Assembly (NCBI GenBank): GCA_027251445.1
Contig: JAPNQO010000079.1
Location: 1-64,000, forward strand
DNA: 64,000 nt
Reading direction: 5' to 3'
DNA from: Fidelibacterota bacterium
GTDB taxonomy: Bacteria; Fidelibacterota; Marinisomatia; Marinisomatales; TCS55
Numbering within the stretch: position 1 is the first letter of the stretch; every line of letters starts with the position of its first letter. Below the pieces are notes generated by a model, which saw only the letters and a list, made by a program, of their open reading frames with translations, ran no database searches and had not been told where the DNA came from. This document shows positions 52,148 through 63,220 of this stretch, piece after piece. A program made the position numbers and the translations under genes.

Positions 52148-53566
52148 TTACGAAATATAATCGTCTTTTATTTGATATAAATAAGTAAGTGCATTATCAT
52201 GGTCATTATCAATTTTTCCGTCCAAAATAGCTTCTTCTATTGCTTTTTTGATTTCACCAATTTTTTTACCTTCATCCAAATTACATATTTCCATAATCTC
52301 TTTCCCTCGAATTGGTGATTGAAATTGACTAAATAAGTCTCTTTCTTTTACATCTTTCATCTTTTCATCAACTCTTTCAAAGTTTTTCATATATTTATTT
52401 ACTTTATTTGGATTTTTAGTTGTGATGTCTGCCCTACATAATATCATTAAATCATCAATATCATCTCCTGCAGCAACCATAAGTCTTCGTATAGCAGAAT
52501 CGGTTACACTTTTTTTTGCTAAAGCAATTGGCCTCAAATGTAATAAAGTCATTTTTTTTAAGAATTCACCTAGATTATTAGATAGTTTCATTCTTCTAAT
52601 AACTGTTTTTAATATTTTTTCTCCAACAGCATCATGCCCATGAAAGGTATATCCTTTATCCTTATCTACACGCCTAGTGGCCGGTTTAGCAATATCATGT
52701 ACTAATGCTGCAAATCTTATTTCCATTTTTTGGCTTAATTTTGCAGCATTATCTACCACTTGCATAGTATGAAAGAAAATATCTTTGTGATGCCATTCCG
52801 GCGTTTGATCCATTCCATACATTTCATCAATTTCAGGAAAGATTAATTTCATTAAACCAGTTTCCTGTAAAACGGTAAGACCAATTGAAGGTATTGGTGA
52901 TGATAAAATTTTACATAACTCTGCTGTGATTCGTTCTTGAGAAACAATTGAAATACGTTCTCTTTGACGAATAATTGAATCATAACATTTTTTATCTATT
53001 TCAAAATCAAATTTTGATGCAAAATAAGCTGCTCTTAACATTCGCAAAGGGTCTTCAGAAAACGTATCATCAGGATTTAATGGAGTAATAATTTTTTTAG
53101 ATTGTAAATCTACTATTCCACTATACGGATCATGCAGTTCTCCATAATTTTCTGGTAATAAATCAATTGCCATAGTATTAATAGTAAAATCTCTTCTTAT
53201 TAAATCACCTTTTAAATCGGTATAGATTACTTCTTTTGGCTTTCGTGAAGTATTTTCATATGTTTCTAACCTGGCTGCTGCTACCTCTATATCAATTTTT
53301 TTATATGGTATTTTTGCAGTTGAGAATTCTTTGAAAGGTATAACTTTTTTCACCGACAAATTTTCTGCTAACATTTCTGCAAATTCTATTCCATCACCAA
53401 CAATCATTAAATCAATTTCGTTTGGTTTATTTTGCATGAACAGATCTCGCACAAACCCCCCTACAACATATAATTGTTTATTATTTTTTGATGCAATTTT
53501 ACCTGCACGCTTTAGTACATATTCAGCTTCAGGGTGTTCAGATATTAATTCTTTAACATTACTCAT
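52148..53566 (-). CDS. cca: CCA tRNA nucleotidyltransferase / poly(A) polymerase family protein with HD domain
   Basis: VGGFVRD, EID, DL.RRDFTIN, EDPLRMLRA, HDIAKP. Confidence 0.88.
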   Translation of the reverse strand: MSNVKELISEHPEAEYVLKRAGKIASKNNKQLYVVGGFVRDLFMQNKPNEIDLMIVGDGIEFAEMLAENLSVKKVIPFKEFSTAKIPYKKIDIEVAAARLETYENTSRKPKEVIYTDLKGDLIRRDFTINTMAIDLLPENYGELHDPYSGIVDLQSKKIITPLNPDDTFSEDPLRMLRAAYFASKFDFEIDKKCYDSIIRQRERISIVSQERITAELCKILSSPIPSIGLTVLQETGLMKLIFPEIDEMYGMDQTPEWHHKDIFFHTMQVVDNAAKLSQKMEIRFAALVHDIAKPATRRVDKDKGYTFHGHDAVGEKILKTVIRRMKLSNNLGEFLKKMTLLHLRPIALAKKSVTDSAIRRLMVAAGDDIDDLMILCRADITTKNPNKVNKYMKNFERVDEKMKDVKERDLFSQFQSPIRGKEIMEICNLDEGKKIGEIKKAIEEAILDGKIDNDHDNALTYLYQIKDDYIS

Positions 53567-53613
53567 ACTAAAAATTAGCTATTTAAGTCTAAAAAATGAA
53601 CTAGAGTTGAATT

Positions 53614-54501
53614 ATGAAATATACTTGCCAGTATTATATGCTGGTTCTATTTTCCAATATTGTGGAAAAAACAAAAAAAGAATTAATCTTTTTTATTATT
53701 CTATCAGCATCATTATTAAATGCCCAATTTTCAAATATAGATGTTACCATGGATGATAGATTATTAAAAAATGATGATCGACAAGTTTTAATAAATCTAA
53801 AAAATGAAGTTTCAAGATTTTTCATAAATAACTCATGGGATGAGGAATGGAATGATTTAGAAATTGATCTGAATATTCAAATTATATTTGAAGGAACAGC
53901 TACTAAGAATGGAAAGAAAAATTTTCTCGCACAGGTTTTAATATCAACAAATGACGATCAGCGTTTTTTTGATAATTCCCTACAATTTCATTTCAATCCA
54001 GGATCTAGTTTATATTATGATCCTGTGATGTTTGAACCACTTCCAAGTTTTCTATCATATTATGCTAACATGATTTTAGCTGGTGAAATTGATACGTATG
54101 AGCCAAATGAAGGCTCAAAGCAATATGAAATAGCTAGATCAATAGCTCTTCGTGGTACCTCGAGCAATTTTCCAAAAGGTTGGTCAAAAAGAGTACAACT
54201 ATCTGATGATATGTCATCTAACTATGGCTTACGGAAAGCTCGCTTTGCATATTACTATGCTTTAGACTTATTTAAAGATGGAGAAATTGAAGAATCAATT
54301 AAACAATTTAATGCAATGATAAAAGGGATTGATGAAGTCTATGATAGAATTCCAAGAGAACATTATACTTTGTATTTTTTAAAATCCCATGCTAAAGAAT
54401 TATCTCAAATATTACAAATATTAAGACAAGATGGTATTCTACAAAGCCTTATAGATCTTGACCCTTCCAATAGAGATATTTATGAAGAGGGGCTGAAATA
54501 G
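53614..54501 (+). CDS. DUF4835-like exported protein (true start may be GTG 53662)
   Basis: FINN..W, FFD....F, L.YYA.MILA...DTY....G, GW..R pattern; signal-like LIFFIILSASLLNAQ. Confidence 0.65.
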   Translation: MKYTCQYYMLVLFSNIVEKTKKELIFFIILSASLLNAQFSNIDVTMDDRLLKNDDRQVLINLKNEVSRFFINNSWDEEWNDLEIDLNIQIIFEGTATKNGKKNFLAQVLISTNDDQRFFDNSLQFHFNPGSSLYYDPVMFEPLPSFLSYYANMILAGEIDTYEPNEGSKQYEIARSIALRGTSSNFPKGWSKRVQLSDDMSSNYGLRKARFAYYYALDLFKDGEIEESIKQFNAMIKGIDEVYDRIPREHYTLYFLKSHAKELSQILQILRQDGILQSLIDLDPSNRDIYEEGLK

Positions 54502-55523
54502 ATTTCCCTAAAAGTTTTTTTCCTTCTTATATAGTGATCCCAAATAATACTCCCTTTGTGCATTGATTTCATTATTTCGTAATCATTAATTAAACGAAGA
54601 CGTCTAATCTTTCTCCTCCTAATAAAAATAATATGTATGTGGAATAACAACCATAGATGTGCCTGAATTACGCCAAACATATGTTTAAAATCTAATTTTG
54701 ATAGAGCATAAATAATAGCAATCAACTCTAGAGAATATCTTATAGGAAATAAATAAAGAGTAGTAAAAAGCTTGTAATTACTTAATAGCATAATAATTGA
54801 ATTTCTATGATTTAGCATAAACTTTTTCAATGATGTCATAGGTAGTGAAACAGCATTTTTATGATAAACAACTGATTTTGGGTTTACATAAACTTTATAA
54901 CCTTTCAGTTGAAGTTTCCAGCATAAATCAATTTCTTCCATATGAGCAAAAAAATTTTCATCAAATTTTTCAACTTCAAGAAAATATTTTTTTCTAACCA
55001 TAATTGCAGTACCTGATGCCCAAAAGCATTGGGTGTCATCATCATATTGTTTGTTATCTATTTCTTGTTCTAAAAACAATCTTCCTCTAGCAAAAGGATA
55101 ACATAATACATCCATATGTCCACCAGATCCTCCTGCATAATCAAACTTATCTCTCTCATAATAATTTAATATTTTAGGTTGAACAGCCGCGCAATCGGGA
55201 TGGTTATTCATAAATGAAACCAAATTACTAAGCCAATTTTTTTCTTGAATTGTATCATTATTTAAAAAAACAATATAATCTCCTTTTGATATTTTTATAC
55301 CACGATTGCATCCTCCTGCATAACCATAATTTTGATCATTCTCTACAATATTAATTTTGGGGTGATTATTATTTATCCATTTAACGCTATCATCAGATGA
55401 GGCATTATCAACTACAATTATTTCGAAATTAGAATATTTAGTATTGTTTAAGGAATCAATGCACTCTGATAATACATCAATTCCATTCCAATGGGGAATT
55501 ATTATGGAAACTAGCGTATCCAT
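54480..55523 (-). CDS. Glycosyltransferase family 2
   Basis: VVDNAS.D, N.GYAGG.N, FLNND, FFAHMEEIDLCW. Confidence 0.93.
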   Translation of the reverse strand: MDTLVSIIIPHWNGIDVLSECIDSLNNTKYSNFEIIVVDNASSDDSVKWINNNHPKINIVENDQNYGYAGGCNRGIKISKGDYIVFLNNDTIQEKNWLSNLVSFMNNHPDCAAVQPKILNYYERDKFDYAGGSGGHMDVLCYPFARGRLFLEQEIDNKQYDDDTQCFWASGTAIMVRKKYFLEVEKFDENFFAHMEEIDLCWKLQLKGYKVYVNPKSVVYHKNAVSLPMTSLKKFMLNHRNSIIMLLSNYKLFTTLYLFPIRYSLELIAIIYALSKLDFKHMFGVIQAHLWLLFHIHIIFIRRRKIRRLRLINDYEIMKSMHKGSIIWDHYIRRKKTFREIYFSPSS

Positions 55524-55541
55524 AGGGAAATGCCCTAATAA

Positions 55542-58500
55542 CTAGGGAGAGTTACCTTTTAATTCATCAAGTAATTTTTTAGCTTGGCGGTCGCTAGGGT
55601 TTCGTTCTAACCAACCAGTTAAAACGGTTTCTGCTTCCACATTCATATCTAGCTTTTGATAGGCAATAACTAAATGGGAAACAATATTTGAATAGTTATT
55701 TTGCCATTGTCTCCATGATTTTGAAGAGAGTCCTGCTGATTCTAGACCTCTAGTTTGGACTATTCTTTCAGTATTATTAAAAGAGTTATATAATGTTTCA
55801 TATATATTCTTTGCTATATCTGGTTCATCTAGTTCAACAAGATATGATTGACCATAATCTAATCTATCTTTTATTGATATATCTTCTCGCAATAATAAAT
55901 TATCAAGGACATCACGTAGTTTATTTTTTTGACCTACTCCAAAATATAACCTACCCATTTGATAGTATAATTCTTTTGAATCCATGCGAATTGTATTATC
56001 AGGAATATTCTCATTCATTTCATCAAGTATAAGCAAAACTTTTTCCTGTAAGGATTTCCCTTTATCGCCTTCTTTTTGATCTTTGGGAAGTTTTTGATAA
56101 TCCATAAAATAATGTACAGCTAGCTGCATATATGCACTTCTATAATTTTGAAGTAAACGAATTATTTGTTCATTATAATAAACATCTTCATTGCCTAAAT
56201 GTCTAAACAAATACCTAGGGTCATAATCTTTAAACCAAACGCGACCCTCATCATCATTCCATTTTCTACTATTAAAAGATTTTGACCATTCATCTTGTCC
56301 AAAATCAGTGATCAAGTGTTTTGCCATATTCTCGGGATTTATACCTTTAGTTTTATAAGGACGTAAACGATAAGCTAATCCATCCATTTCTAAATAGGGC
56401 TCAAGACCTAATCGGTTACTTGGTGATACAGTAACAGCAAAATAAATTGGTGATGTCCATTTAGAATCATTAATTATTTGCATAATCATCATATCTTGTA
56501 TTTTTAATGCTTGTCCAGCATATGTAGGCTTTACTGACCAAGTGATCTTATCTGGGGTATCAATAGGTAAAGTGACATCCCTCTTTTTCCAAGGGGTTAA
56601 CCCTCGTGTAAGATCTCTTATTTGTTTGTCAGATAACTTAATAATTTGAAGAGAAGAGCCATCAATAGATACAAATCTATGAGTTTCAAATTCTCTTATT
56701 TCTCTGAGCTGTCTGATATACCATGGAGTATTTAGTAGACTTAAGTTCGCGACTGTTACATCTGTCCTTATTCCTTCAACTTCCTGTAAGTACCAAAGAG
56801 GAAATGTATCGTTATCTCCGTTAGTAAATAAGACAGCGTTTGGTTCACAAGACTGTAATAGGTTATAACTATAATCCCATGCAACTAAATTACCTGATCG
56901 ATTATGCTCATGATAATTTGCTTTGAGCATCATCCCTGGAACAGCAAGTATTTGAAAAATTACTAATAAAGAAATTATTCTTATACCATACTGTTTATTT
57001 TTGAAAAAATTTGAGCACCATTCAATTATTGATGCACTTCCAATACCAATCCATATTGAGAATGCCAGAAAACTACCAACGTAAGAATAATCTCGTTCTC
57101 TTGGCTGGGGATTATCCTGATTGAGATATAGTATTACAGCAATACCCGTCATTAAAAACAGAGTAAATACTGAAAAGGCAAGTTCTCCATCTTTATTAAA
57201 ATGATAAAAAATTCCTACGAGACCTAATAATAGAGCTAAGGGAAGTCCAAAATGGAACCAGTAGACACCATCTTGAGGAGATGGGTGTGCAGGAGAATTA
57301 GCGCCAAAAGAACTTACTCCGGGATCACCTGATGGCCCTCTACCAGCAAATTGCCAAAGAAAATAACGCCAATACATTTTTTTCATTTGATAACCCCAGA
57401 AAAAGTCCCACTGTGTTCCGAAATTATGAAACATATATTTACGATTTTGCCTGCTTGAGAATTCTCGATAAGATTTACCATTATTAGTTTTTACAGTTTC
57501 AGGATTCCCAACAATTTGAGCCTTATGAGATGGTGTGCCAACTTTGTTTTTAATGTATTTTCTAGGGAGCTGGCCAATTGCGCCATACTGTTCTCTTTCT
57601 AAATAAGATATAGCACGTGAAATTGTTTCAGGATCATTTTCATCAATCATTGGATCTTGACCGGATCGAATAAATATGGTTGCATAACTTGAATAACCAA
57701 CAAGAATTAGAATTATCGAAGTAAAAATAAGAGACAGTAATTGTTGTTTATTTCTTATCGTCCAAATCACTACTGCAAAAGTGATAATGACTAACAATCC
57801 TACACCCTCCAAACCAACTAATTTACTCATTCTTGGCAACCCTTTTATGATGCCATTATGAATAACTAGAAAAACAGCTGCGGTTAATCCCATAGTTATG
57901 AAAAATGTTTTCCAATCAAAATTTGTTTTTCTGAAATAAATAATTAGAGCTAAAAATGGAAGTGTTAATAAGTTTAAAATGTGGACTCCTATTGCTAGAC
58001 CAAACATATAAGCAATAATTAATATATATCTTTCACTTCCATCATTATCAGCATTTTCTGACCATAACAAAATTAACCAAACTACTATTGCAGTAAAAAA
58101 AGTACTCATTGCATATACTTCTGCTTCGACAGCGTTAAACCAATGACTATCTGTAAACGCAAAAGTGAGAGATCCAACCAAAGCTCCTCCAAATACAATA
58201 AGCAAATCAGTATTATTTTTTATTTTCCCTCTCCAATGCAAGATTATCTTTACAATAATTAAATATAATAACATACAAGCTACGGCGCTGACTATAGGAG
58301 AAATAATATTAACCCTAAACGCAATATCAGGGTTTGTTGGTATCATAGAAAAAATTCTTCCAAGTAATAAATAGAGAGGACTCCCTGGAGGATGAGGAAC
58401 TCCTAGTATAAATGATGTTGCTATAAATTCTCCACAATCCCAATACGATACTGTAGGGGCCATTGTAAAAAAATAGATCGTAAAAGAAATTGCTAGAACA

Positions 58501-58550
58501 ATAGAAGCAAAAATTCTATTTAGTTTTGTATGTTGTATAGAAAGATTCAA
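55542..58550 (-). CDS. DUF2723-family (TMEM260-like, GT-C fold) membrane glycosyltransferase
   Basis: PTVSYWDCGEFI, V.HPPG.P, AVEAEVY, PRERDYSYVGSF, GDNDTFPLWY.QEVEG.R.DV; helical C-terminus. Confidence 0.85.
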   Translation of the reverse strand: MNLSIQHTKLNRIFASIVLAISFTIYFFTMAPTVSYWDCGEFIATSFILGVPHPPGSPLYLLLGRIFSMIPTNPDIAFRVNIISPIVSAVACMLLYLIIVKIILHWRGKIKNNTDLLIVFGGALVGSLTFAFTDSHWFNAVEAEVYAMSTFFTAIVVWLILLWSENADNDGSERYILIIAYMFGLAIGVHILNLLTLPFLALIIYFRKTNFDWKTFFITMGLTAAVFLVIHNGIIKGLPRMSKLVGLEGVGLLVIITFAVVIWTIRNKQQLLSLIFTSIILILVGYSSYATIFIRSGQDPMIDENDPETISRAISYLEREQYGAIGQLPRKYIKNKVGTPSHKAQIVGNPETVKTNNGKSYREFSSRQNRKYMFHNFGTQWDFFWGYQMKKMYWRYFLWQFAGRGPSGDPGVSSFGANSPAHPSPQDGVYWFHFGLPLALLLGLVGIFYHFNKDGELAFSVFTLFLMTGIAVILYLNQDNPQPRERDYSYVGSFLAFSIWIGIGSASIIEWCSNFFKNKQYGIRIISLLVIFQILAVPGMMLKANYHEHNRSGNLVAWDYSYNLLQSCEPNAVLFTNGDNDTFPLWYLQEVEGIRTDVTVANLSLLNTPWYIRQLREIREFETHRFVSIDGSSLQIIKLSDKQIRDLTRGLTPWKKRDVTLPIDTPDKITWSVKPTYAGQALKIQDMMIMQIINDSKWTSPIYFAVTVSPSNRLGLEPYLEMDGLAYRLRPYKTKGINPENMAKHLITDFGQDEWSKSFNSRKWNDDEGRVWFKDYDPRYLFRHLGNEDVYYNEQIIRLLQNYRSAYMQLAVHYFMDYQKLPKDQKEGDKGKSLQEKVLLILDEMNENIPDNTIRMDSKELYYQMGRLYFGVGQKNKLRDVLDNLLLREDISIKDRLDYGQSYLVELDEPDIAKNIYETLYNSFNNTERIVQTRGLESAGLSSKSWRQWQNNYSNIVSHLVIAYQKLDMNVEAETVLTGWLERNPSDRQAKKLLDELKGNSP

Positions 58551-58864
58551 GTTTCTTGCTCCTCATTATTACTGTTGTCACTATTTGATTCATCAGAATT
58601 ATTTTTCTGGTCATTATAACTCATTTTTAATGCATGGATATTTTCACTAAAAAATTTTTCTTCTTCTTCAGATAAATTTCCAGTCATTCTTTTATATATC
58701 ATATCAAGCATATCTATTTGAGTAGAGGCTTGCTGTAAATCCTTTTCAAGCTTATTATTCATCGGATTATTCATAGTTCCCAGATAAACCCAAGCGCTAT
58801 GAACAAGGGATGAAACTAGCTGGTCAAATAATTGTTGTTCAGTTAATTTACTTTCTAGAGCCAT
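58547..58864 (-). CDS. DUF1844-family protein
   Basis: F..LV.SL...A...LG...NP, A...IDML..I..R..GNL..EE pattern. Confidence 0.8.
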   Translation of the reverse strand: MALESKLTEQQLFDQLVSSLVHSAWVYLGTMNNPMNNKLEKDLQQASTQIDMLDMIYKRMTGNLSEEEEKFFSENIHALKMSYNDQKNNSDESNSDNSNNEEQET

Positions 58865-58925
58865 AAATAATACTATTTAATCTAAATAAAGTCAGCAAAT
58901 ATAGAATTGTTGAATATAAAATGCT

Positions 58926-59798
58926 CTATGCATTCTTTTTTATAATAAATATAAGAGAACTACACTTATCTTTGGAGAAAATTGATAATGTCCATGATTT
59001 AAAACCATTTATTAAACCACTCATAAAAGATTTTCCCATATGTTTTGCGCTTAACATTGAAACATAAAAGGGATCAAAATTCATTCTATATATTGATTCT
59101 ATATTTAGCCCATGAGGTTTTATAGTTTTATTCATAGACTTTATTGTAAAATGATATAGATGGCGAGGAGTATCATAAGCAGCCCAAAACTCTTTATATA
59201 TTTTTGCATCTGTTGATTGATAGTTAGGTAATGCGACAATTAAAAATCCATCCAGTGTTAAACTCTTTTTTATTTTATCAAGATATACCCAAGGTTCGTG
59301 TACATGCTCTAGACTGTGCCAGCATGTAATTACATCATATTTTTCTTTATTATTTATCCAATCTTTAGGATCCATTACTTTAATATTTAACTTCTTATTT
59401 GCTATTTTTCTTGCCTTATTTGACGTGTCTACGCCATTTATATTCCAATGATTTTCTTTCATGTATTGCAAAAAGTCACCCGCGCCGCATCCAATATCAA
59501 GAATTTTACCATTCGATTTATTAAAATATTTTCCAATTAATTTCTTTTTCTTATTTAATTGATAGGTACGTACTAATCCATAAATACTATCAAATATTCC
59601 AGATACTTTATCATCATGTGATATGTAATCATCTGAAGAATAATAATTACCAATTATTTTTTTATCTGGGAATGGTGTTGTAGTTCTTATAGAGCATGCT
59701 TCACATTCAACAATATCAAAAGATTCGCCAGTAACTAAATAATCTTTAGTCACAAATTTAAATTTCATTTCTGTAGTGCAAATAGGACAAGAATTCAT
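58926..59798 (-). CDS. Class I SAM-dependent methyltransferase with N-terminal Zn ribbon
   Basis: CPIC...C..C; LDIGCGAG; WHSLEH; PRHLYHF. Confidence 0.9.
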   Translation of the reverse strand: MNSCPICTTEMKFKFVTKDYLVTGESFDIVECEACSIRTTTPFPDKKIIGNYYSSDDYISHDDKVSGIFDSIYGLVRTYQLNKKKKLIGKYFNKSNGKILDIGCGAGDFLQYMKENHWNINGVDTSNKARKIANKKLNIKVMDPKDWINNKEKYDVITCWHSLEHVHEPWVYLDKIKKSLTLDGFLIVALPNYQSTDAKIYKEFWAAYDTPRHLYHFTIKSMNKTIKPHGLNIESIYRMNFDPFYVSMLSAKHMGKSFMSGLINGFKSWTLSIFSKDKCSSLIFIIKKNA

Positions 59799-59803
59799 AT
59801 CTG

Positions 59804-61882
59804 TTAAGTTATATTTATTGTGTCAAAATATTGAGAATAATCATTTATCAATCTTTCTTTCATTAATAAATGATTATTCAATTTTGGATCATCATTAATA
59901 ATCTTTTGAGCGCAAACCCTAGCCTTTCTTATAATTGCCCCATCATTAATCATATCTGCTAGCTTATAATTAAAATAACCACTCTGTTCTGTGCTAAAGA
60001 ATTTTCCAGGACCTCGCATTTTTAAATCCTCATCAGCAATGATAAATCCATTACTAGTATTTTCCATTATTTCTAAACGTTTTTTTGAGTTTGTGGATAC
60101 ATTCCTCTCAACAAGAATGCAATAACTCTTAGCTTCTCCTCTACCAACTCGACCGCGCAACTGATGAAGCTGTGTTAAACCAAAGCGTTCAGAATTTTCA
60201 ATAAGAATAACAGATGCATTTGGCACATCGATTCCTACTTCTATTACTGTTGTTGAAACTAAAATATTTATATTATTATTTTCAAAATTTTCCATAATTC
60301 TTTCTTTATCACTATTTTTCATTTTACCATGTATTAAACCTAAACTAACGTTATTAAATAATTGTTTCAATTTTTCATACCCCTCCGTTGCAGCGGCTAA
60401 ATCAGACTTTTTTGTTTCTTCTACTAATGGAAAAACAATAATACACTGTCTTCCAGCTGCTATTTCTTCTTTCATAAAGGTATATACTTTTATCAAACGT
60501 TTATCATTAACAATTTTAGTTATAATCTTTTTCCTATTTTTTGGGATTTCATCAATTATTGATAAATCCATATCTCCATGATAAGTAATTGCCATGGTTC
60601 GAGGTATAGGTGTAGCAGTCATCGCTAATAAATGCGGATTAGCACCTTTTTTAATTAAATCACCCCTTTGAAGTACTCCAAAACGATGTTGTTCATCCAC
60701 TATAATTAATCCAAGTTTTTTAAACTTAACATTTTTTTGTATTAATGCATGAGTCCCTATAATAACATTAATCTTTCCATCTTTTAAAGCAGCTAAAACC
60801 TTATCTTTTTCAGACGCCTTTTGTTTACCAACAATTAATGCACAATTTATGTGGATAGTATCTAAATATTTTTTAAATGATTTATAATGTTGATGTGCTA
60901 AGATTTCAGTAGGAGCCATTATTGCAACCTGCATATTATTTTCTACAGAAACTATTGCTGTAATAATTGCAACAATTGTCTTACCACATCCAACATCACC
61001 TTGTAGCAAACGATTCATAGCACTATTACTAGATATATCTTTATTAATTTCTTTAATTACATTTTTTTGTGCATTCGTAAGGTCAAATCCTAAATTATCA
61101 ATTATTTTTTTTACTTTTTCCCCTTTTATTTTAAAAGGTTTTGAATTTATAGTTTTTAATGAAGATCTTCGTAATACCATTAATAATTGAAGAAAAAAAT
61201 GCTCATCAAACTTCAGTCTTTTGATAGATGCTTCAAGATCCATAATAGATTCTGGGAAATGAATGTTTTTAATCGCCCTTTTTAAAGATATTAATTTTTC
61301 TTTATTTAAAAATTCGCTTTCATAATAATCTTTCATTATTTCTATATGAGGTAAAACTTTTTTCATTAAACGTCGAAAAAAACGATGTTCAATCTTTACC
61401 TTTTTCAGATCACTAGTTAAAGGATAAAGTGAAACTATTGACCCTGTATTTATTGGGTCTATATCTGAATCAATTTTATCGTAATCTGGATGTAAAATTT
61501 GATATCCATTAAAAAAATCAATTTTCCCATGCACTGCTAAACGGTCATCTTTTTTAATTGAGTTCTTAATATATTTGGCCCCATTAAACCAAACTAGTTT
61601 TACAAGACCTGTCCCATCTGAAATAATGGCTTCAAATAACGTTCTATTTTTTGTCCTTCTTATTCCACATACTTCAATATTTCCTAAAATAGTTACATTA
61701 TCATTTAGCTTTAAATCTTTAATTAGCTTTATTGTTGTTCGATCTAAATATCGTCGAGGATAATAATTCAATAAATCAATAACTGAATTAATAGAAATAT
61801 TATTAAAGGCTTGTAACTTTTTAGGGCCTATACCCTTAATATTATTAATAGAGGTATTTAAACTATTTTTAATTTCTGACAC
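59804..61882 (-). CDS. recG: ATP-dependent DNA helicase RecG
   Basis: RLLQGDVGCGKT, DEQHRFG, MTATPIPRT, QLHQLRGRVGRG. Confidence 0.97.
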   Translation of the reverse strand: MSEIKNSLNTSINNIKGIGPKKLQAFNNISINSVIDLLNYYPRRYLDRTTIKLIKDLKLNDNVTILGNIEVCGIRRTKNRTLFEAIISDGTGLVKLVWFNGAKYIKNSIKKDDRLAVHGKIDFFNGYQILHPDYDKIDSDIDPINTGSIVSLYPLTSDLKKVKIEHRFFRRLMKKVLPHIEIMKDYYESEFLNKEKLISLKRAIKNIHFPESIMDLEASIKRLKFDEHFFLQLLMVLRRSSLKTINSKPFKIKGEKVKKIIDNLGFDLTNAQKNVIKEINKDISSNSAMNRLLQGDVGCGKTIVAIITAIVSVENNMQVAIMAPTEILAHQHYKSFKKYLDTIHINCALIVGKQKASEKDKVLAALKDGKINVIIGTHALIQKNVKFKKLGLIIVDEQHRFGVLQRGDLIKKGANPHLLAMTATPIPRTMAITYHGDMDLSIIDEIPKNRKKIITKIVNDKRLIKVYTFMKEEIAAGRQCIIVFPLVEETKKSDLAAATEGYEKLKQLFNNVSLGLIHGKMKNSDKERIMENFENNNINILVSTTVIEVGIDVPNASVILIENSERFGLTQLHQLRGRVGRGEAKSYCILVERNVSTNSKKRLEIMENTSNGFIIADEDLKMRGPGKFFSTEQSGYFNYKLADMINDGAIIRKARVCAQKIINDDPKLNNHLLMKERLINDYSQYFDTINIT

Positions 61883-61888
61883 AAGGTA

Positions 61889-63220
61889 TTAATTCCATTC
61901 CTTGCGATAAGTATATGTTGTGGTAATTTTTTTGCCCTTTGGCACTGATAGTAGAAAATGTATTGTAGTAGCATCTTTTTTTATGTAATCGTTCGATGCT
62001 TCCTTTATAACCCAGTCTCCAAGTATTTTTTCTTCTAATCTTATATCAATATCTTCGTCTTTTGTATTATTTATTAATATTTCAATGGAAGCTTCTTCAC
62101 TTTTCCTTTGCCTATCAAAGTTCACAACGCGTCGTTTACCAATAATATCAAATGATCTACCTGCGCGAATAATTAGAGTTTCACCTTTAGGTGTTTGTTT
62201 TATATTATTCTCACCAATAAATCCTAAGTCTTTATCAGAATATTCATAAAGCGATATGCGACCTTGTGGAAGAGGTATGCCTAGATTATTCTCTATCGTA
62301 TTTTTTAATTGAAATTCTATTTCTAAAGGTTCATCTTTTTGACTCTTTTCACTATTGTGAAAAACATAAATTTTGGTATAATTGATTTGTCTAGAATCAT
62401 ACAATCGGATAGTAATATGTTCATTACTGCCAAATTCTATTCTTTTAGGATAATTATATATATGGAAATCTCCAAGAGTAGCATTTTCGCCAAGCTGTGT
62501 ATCCATTTCATTATTTCTAGAAATAGAGGATGATCTTCTATTCAATCTCATTGTATTTTTGCTGGTATTACCTAGTGTACCCTCAACTAATTTAATTTTC
62601 AAATTATTAAATGCTACACTACTATTATTCGACACATATGCTTCAGGAATCAATGATGCTTTCGAATTATCAATCAAAACCATTCTATACACTGCATTCC
62701 AGGCAAACCCGCTGGTCATGTATACTAAGTCACCTGATATATTATTTTGATTTGATGATACATCCCATTGTAAAGCTGGTCTTAGCATTGGATTATCAAT
62801 GATCTTTCTTGACGATATTTGTTTTACTTGATCTTTTTTAATATGAACTACATCACGACGTGTTTGAATGCTATACCCATCTGAAGAAATAGAAATTAAT
62901 TTCCCAAATTGATCTTCATCATCAATAGTAGTTATTGTTACAGAAGAACCTAAAGACTCTTTAAAAAGTTTTTTTTCTGAAAACAAATTTTTATTCAATT
63001 TTTGATTTAAAACTTTCCCATTTAATAAGCTAAGATACGGAGTGCTTTCTCTTATACCTTCAGGGAGCGTTCCAAATTCTATTCTACTAGATCCATCATT
63101 AATTGACCAAGCTACAGGCTGTTGAATTAAAGCTAATCCATTTTTATATATAGTCATTGTTGCATCAAATGACTGAGAATAAACAATTACAGAAGTAAAT
63201 AATAATATGATTTTCTTCAT
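61889..63220 (-). CDS. DUF4139-domain exported protein
   Basis: Signal peptide; TIY.NGLALI, Y.T.G..W.A.Y, LGIPLP.G. Confidence 0.8.
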   Translation of the reverse strand: MKKIILLFTSVIVYSQSFDATMTIYKNGLALIQQPVAWSINDGSSRIEFGTLPEGIRESTPYLSLLNGKVLNQKLNKNLFSEKKLFKESLGSSVTITTIDDEDQFGKLISISSDGYSIQTRRDVVHIKKDQVKQISSRKIIDNPMLRPALQWDVSSNQNNISGDLVYMTSGFAWNAVYRMVLIDNSKASLIPEAYVSNNSSVAFNNLKIKLVEGTLGNTSKNTMRLNRRSSSISRNNEMDTQLGENATLGDFHIYNYPKRIEFGSNEHITIRLYDSRQINYTKIYVFHNSEKSQKDEPLEIEFQLKNTIENNLGIPLPQGRISLYEYSDKDLGFIGENNIKQTPKGETLIIRAGRSFDIIGKRRVVNFDRQRKSEEASIEILINNTKDEDIDIRLEEKILGDWVIKEASNDYIKKDATTIHFLLSVPKGKKITTTYTYRKEWN

